From an uncultured Christensenella sp. (lineage in GTDB: Bacteria > Bacillota > Clostridia > Christensenellales > Borkfalkiaceae): 48,780 nt of DNA. The stretch spans positions 1 to 48,780 of the forward strand of contig CAZXOQ010000001.1 in the NCBI GenBank assembly GCA_964642415.1, read 5' to 3'. The notes beneath the pieces are model-generated. The model was not told the origin of the DNA. It made no database searches and was given only the letters and a program-made list of their open reading frames with translations. Made by a program: the position numbers and the translations under genes. Shown piece by piece: positions 45,791 through 48,780 of the stretch (position 1 is the first letter of the stretch; each line of letters begins with the position of its first letter).

Positions 45791-47425
45791 TTAAATCGCC
45801 TTAGAATCGGCTAATAGGTTCAAACTGAAATTCTCAAGATACTCTTTAAGTTCTTTAAGAAATCTAGACGCGGGAGCGCCGTCAAGCGCGCGGTGATCGT
45901 AAGACAACGAAAGATTCATTGCCGTATACGGAATCATTTCGCCGTGAGCGCCGAGTTTCACTCTCGTTTCTAAAGTACATACGCCAAGTATACCCGTTTG
46001 AGGAGGATTAACTACGGGCGTAAAGCTTTCAATTCCCATAGTTCCGACGTTGCTGACCGTAAAGCTGCCGCCCGACAATAAATCGGGAGAAAGCTTGCCG
46101 TCTATCGCGTCTTGAGAGAGTTTTTTGCTCTTTGCCGCAATTTCGGAAAGGGACATTAAATCCGCGCCGAACAACGTGGGAACTAGCAATCCTCTAGGCG
46201 TATCGGTAGCAATACCCATATTAACGTGATCGAAATAACGCATGGTATCGCCGTTGATTAGGTTAGCGTTTAAATCTCTATGTTTTTTAATAACTCTCGA
46301 TACGGCGTAAACGATAATGTTGTTTACGGTTATATTGGGAAGTTTAAGTTTTTCTGCATTATCTTTAAGATATTTTCTAAACGCCATTATATTGGTGCAA
46401 TCGAAAGAGATGTTATGCGTAAGCTGAGCCATCGTTGAAAGGCTTGCAACCATATTTTTGGCGATAACCTTTCTGATGTTAGACATTTTTTCGTCTTTAT
46501 AAGAACGAACGTCAACGTTTTCGGCAATGCTCTTTTCGGAAGAGGGAGCGTTGTTAACGTCGGAAATAATTTCACGAGGATTAACGCTTGCTTCTCTAAC
46601 GTCTTTTTCTATTATTCTGCCCTTAGGTCCGGTAGGAGTGGCTGTTCTTAAATCAACGCCTAGCTTTTCGGCAAGATGACGAGCTCTCGGAGAAACGAAG
46701 ATTTTTCCGTTTTCTACAGTGGGAGCAGCCGCAACGTTTTTAGCGGGAGCGGAAACGCTTTCCGCCGCGGGAGCTTTAACCTCCTCGGCAACCGCTTGAA
46801 CAGCGCCGCCGGGCGCGAAACAAGATGCGTCTACGCCGTGTTCGCCTATTGCGAGAACGTTTTCGCCGACGGGCACTTCGTCTCCCTCGTTCCAGAATAA
46901 AGCGAGAACTTCGCCTTCGATTTCAGCTTCCGCGTCGAAAGAAGACTTGTCCGTTTCGTACGAATACAAAGCGTCACCCTTTTTAACTTTATCTCCGACT
47001 TTAACGTTCCATTTGGTAAGAATACAGCTTTCAACCGTTATGCCGGATTTAGGCATTGTAACGGGTTCTGCCTTGATATCCGCAGGTATTACCTTAGCCG
47101 CAGGCGCTGCAGCCGCGGGTTTAATCTCTTCGGCTGCGGCAGGCTGAGCCGATGCTCCGTTAGGCGCGAAAGACGATACGTCTTCGCCTTTATTGCCTAT
47201 TACCATTACATTGGTTAAAACGGGCACTTCGTCACCCTCGTTAAAGAAGGTTGCAAGAACCTCGCCTTCCGATTCGGACACAAAATCTATTGAAGATTTA
47301 TCCGTTTCAAAAGAAAAGAGAACGTCGCCTTTTTTAACTTTGTCGCCAACCTTAACGTTCCATTTGGTGAGAATACAACTCTCAACCGTAATGCCTTGTT
47401 TGGGCATTAAAACAGGATTTGCCAT
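45791..47425 (-). CDS. Dihydrolipoamide acyltransferase (E2) with two lipoyl domains
   Basis: Two lipoyl domains each carry ETDKS (Lys43 and Lys160). Ala/Pro-rich linkers separate the domains. The E3-binding domain is VSPRARHLAEKLGVDLRTATPTGPKGRIIEKDV. The catalytic domain carries SLSYDHRALDGAPASRFL. Confidence 0.9.
   Translation of the reverse strand: MANPVLMPKQGITVESCILTKWNVKVGDKVKKGDVLFSFETDKSSIDFVSESEGEVLATFFNEGDEVPVLTNVMVIGNKGEDVSSFAPNGASAQPAAAEEIKPAAAAPAAKVIPADIKAEPVTMPKSGITVESCILTKWNVKVGDKVKKGDALYSYETDKSSFDAEAEIEGEVLALFWNEGDEVPVGENVLAIGEHGVDASCFAPGGAVQAVAEEVKAPAAESVSAPAKNVAAAPTVENGKIFVSPRARHLAEKLGVDLRTATPTGPKGRIIEKDVREASVNPREIISDVNNAPSSEKSIAENVDVRSYKDEKMSNIRKVIAKNMVASLSTMAQLTHNISFDCTNIMAFRKYLKDNAEKLKLPNITVNNIIVYAVSRVIKKHRDLNANLINGDTMRYFDHVNMGIATDTPRGLLVPTLFGADLMSLSEIAAKSKKLSQDAIDGKLSPDLLSGGSFTVSNVGTMGIESFTPVVNPPQTGILGVCTLETRVKLGAHGEMIPYTAMNLSLSYDHRALDGAPASRFLKELKEYLENFSLNLLADSKAI
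46805..47425 (-). repeat. Intragenic tandem duplication (two lipoyl-domain coding units, period 351 nt)
   Basis: Residues 1-87 (47165..47425) and residues 121-207 (46805..47065) are the two units. I aligned 46973..47056 against 47324..47407 by eye and found 70 of 84 nt identical. The peptides MPK[QS]GITVESCILTKWNVKVGDKVKKGD are identical apart from one residue. Confidence 0.9.
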
Positions 47426-47453
47426 TTATAATCTCCTTATGAGTGTTTTACAA

Positions 47454-48734
47454 TTATATTTTTTTAGCGTTTGCAAGCAAATACTTTTCAGCCTCGTCAG
47501 ACCAAATTCCGTTATGTTTTTTACAAATATCGGAAAGTCCTTTGAATAAGGGATCGGTTTTGCCCTTTTCTTCAAAATCGGCAATCGCCGTCATAGGCAT
47601 CGATATGTGCGTATAAACAAGCTTTTTAGCCCCTTTGATATTGGGAAGATTAAGCGTGGTATCAACTACGCTGTCAAGACCGCCGACGTGAGATATCATA
47701 ATAGACGGATTGATTTTTCCCTCTCCGGCAAGTTTTAAGGCTTCTCTTAAATCGCTCTTATTTCCGCCCGACGTACCGGTAATTCTATGGAACGCGTAAT
47801 GCACGTCATAGAAATTGAATTTTGCCGAGAACTGAGGATTCATAGGACCGGCAAAGAAATTCAAGCAACCGTAATCGCCTAAAAGCGCGTCCCCTTGTTC
47901 TACGAGCGAAGCAACGGGCGCGTATACAAACACGTCGTCAAAGCCGTTGCCTCCGTTTAAGTCTTTCATATACTTAACGGGATCTTCTATCGAAGAAGTA
48001 TTAACGTAAATAAGTTTTACGCCGTTTTTAGCAGCTTCTTCTACGGTAAGAAGCGAAGCGGCTCTGTCAAGACGAGCTTGGTCTATATCGGTAACAACCA
48101 TTAAAGAAGGCTTTCTATCGCCGTGAATACCGTAATCTACGCAACCGAGTCCCATAGGTCCTACGCCTGCGAGAATAGCTACGGCGCCCCCCTCTTTTAT
48201 ACCCATTTCGTGAGAATGGTTTTCATATTTGCTATGGAAGTTTTCGTGATATCCGGCTATAATGCAAGACATCGGTTCTGCAAGAGAAGCTTTAAAGTAA
48301 CTTTCACCGTCATACGGAATAAGGCAATCTTTTTCCATAACTTCGTTAGGGATAATTACGTATTGAGAATCGCCGCCGATATATTTATAAGAATAACCGG
48401 GCGCCCCCAAGCCGTTCATAACCGGCTTATAATCTATTGCGGGTTGAATACCGAATTTGCCGCCCTCTTTAAACTTATCTTTCCATTTCGCGCCGACCTT
48501 AATTATATCGCCGCAAAACTCGTGACCGATAATAATCGGATTTTCGGCAACGTCGTTAGGAACGCGCTTATGCGCCGCACCCTGCTCTGCCGCCTTAAAC
48601 GACGACATACAAATACTATCCGAAACAACTCTTGCAAGTATTTCGTCTTCTTTAATCTCCGGAAGTTCAAATTCTTCTAAGCGAAGATCGTTAACCCCGT
48701 ATAATCTAACCGCCTTTGTTTTCATTTTAGGCAT
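47454..48734 (-). CDS. Zn-dependent medium-chain dehydrogenase/reductase, sorbose-1-phosphate-reductase (SorE)-like
   Basis: 426 aa. The sequence includes VVSDSICMSSFKAAEQGAAHKRVP...NPIIIGHEFCG (Cys/His/Glu zinc ligand region) and the Rossmann motif LAGVGPMGLG. From memory the N-terminal ~110 aa look like SorE-type enzymes, but this needs a search. ATG is preceded by TAGGAGG. Confidence 0.75.
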   Translation of the reverse strand: MPKMKTKAVRLYGVNDLRLEEFELPEIKEDEILARVVSDSICMSSFKAAEQGAAHKRVPNDVAENPIIIGHEFCGDIIKVGAKWKDKFKEGGKFGIQPAIDYKPVMNGLGAPGYSYKYIGGDSQYVIIPNEVMEKDCLIPYDGESYFKASLAEPMSCIIAGYHENFHSKYENHSHEMGIKEGGAVAILAGVGPMGLGCVDYGIHGDRKPSLMVVTDIDQARLDRAASLLTVEEAAKNGVKLIYVNTSSIEDPVKYMKDLNGGNGFDDVFVYAPVASLVEQGDALLGDYGCLNFFAGPMNPQFSAKFNFYDVHYAFHRITGTSGGNKSDLREALKLAGEGKINPSIMISHVGGLDSVVDTTLNLPNIKGAKKLVYTHISMPMTAIADFEEKGKTDPLFKGLSDICKKHNGIWSDEAEKYLLANAKKI

Positions 48735-48780
48735 AATCCTCCTACTATTACATTTATAATAAGTATAACATATAAAATCT

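Noticed and set aside
1-48780. The window as a mobile genomic island or prophage
   Set aside because: I found no integrase, transposase, recombinase, tRNA attachment site, flanking direct repeats or phage structural genes. Codon style and SD usage look uniform across the window.
48735-48780. Promoter of the dehydrogenase cluster at the right edge of the window
   Set aside because: Only 46 nt are available upstream of the start. TATAAA and TAATAG-like hexamers are present, but the -35 region and context are cut off, so no call can be supported.

Overview
All 25 credible protein genes in this 48,780-nt window are on the minus strand. They are tightly packed, have strong GGAGG-type Shine-Dalgarno sites, include several GTG/TTG starts, and sit behind near-consensus TTGACA/TATAAT promoters. 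The ylxM-ffh pair suggests a low-GC Bacillota-like genome, possibly uncultured, but taxonomy cannot be fixed from sequence alone. In the direction of transcription (high to low coordinates) the window contains four blocks. (1) 48734->41890 is a 2-oxo-acid dehydrogenase cluster in unusual order: a SorE-like Zn dehydrogenase, an E2 with two lipoyl domains, E3, and a fused E1 alpha-beta, closed by a strong terminator. (2) 41451->9333 is a 32-kb, 16-gene train with no classical internal terminator. It encodes a 2451-aa subtilisin-type (S8) cell-envelope protease with PA insert, Big_2 and BspA-type LRR regions; a translationally coupled lipoprotein; a five-gene Opp-type peptide ABC importer with an 846-aa binding lipoprotein; an 84-aa membrane protein; and a 1367-aa GLUG-motif lipoprotein. 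It continues with a Bat-like MoxR AAA+ / DUF58 / vWA membrane-protein module, preceded by a 500-aa 3-TM protein and followed by two large lipoproteins. (3) Three further lipoprotein genes (954, 1013 and 134 aa) each have an upstream region carrying a GC-rich mosaic intergenic repeat. The 1013-aa protein embeds an extracytoplasmic CGPC thioredoxin-fold domain. (4) ylxM and a 3'-truncated ffh end the window. I saw no rRNA, tRNA, CRISPR, transposase, integrase or phage genes. The main points of interest are the apparent single transcription unit joining protease, Opp, MoxR/vWA and lipoprotein genes; a family of modular lipoproteins sharing uncharacterised modules; and the mosaic repeat family. 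All domain calls come from motif recognition by eye and need HMM or structure searches to confirm.
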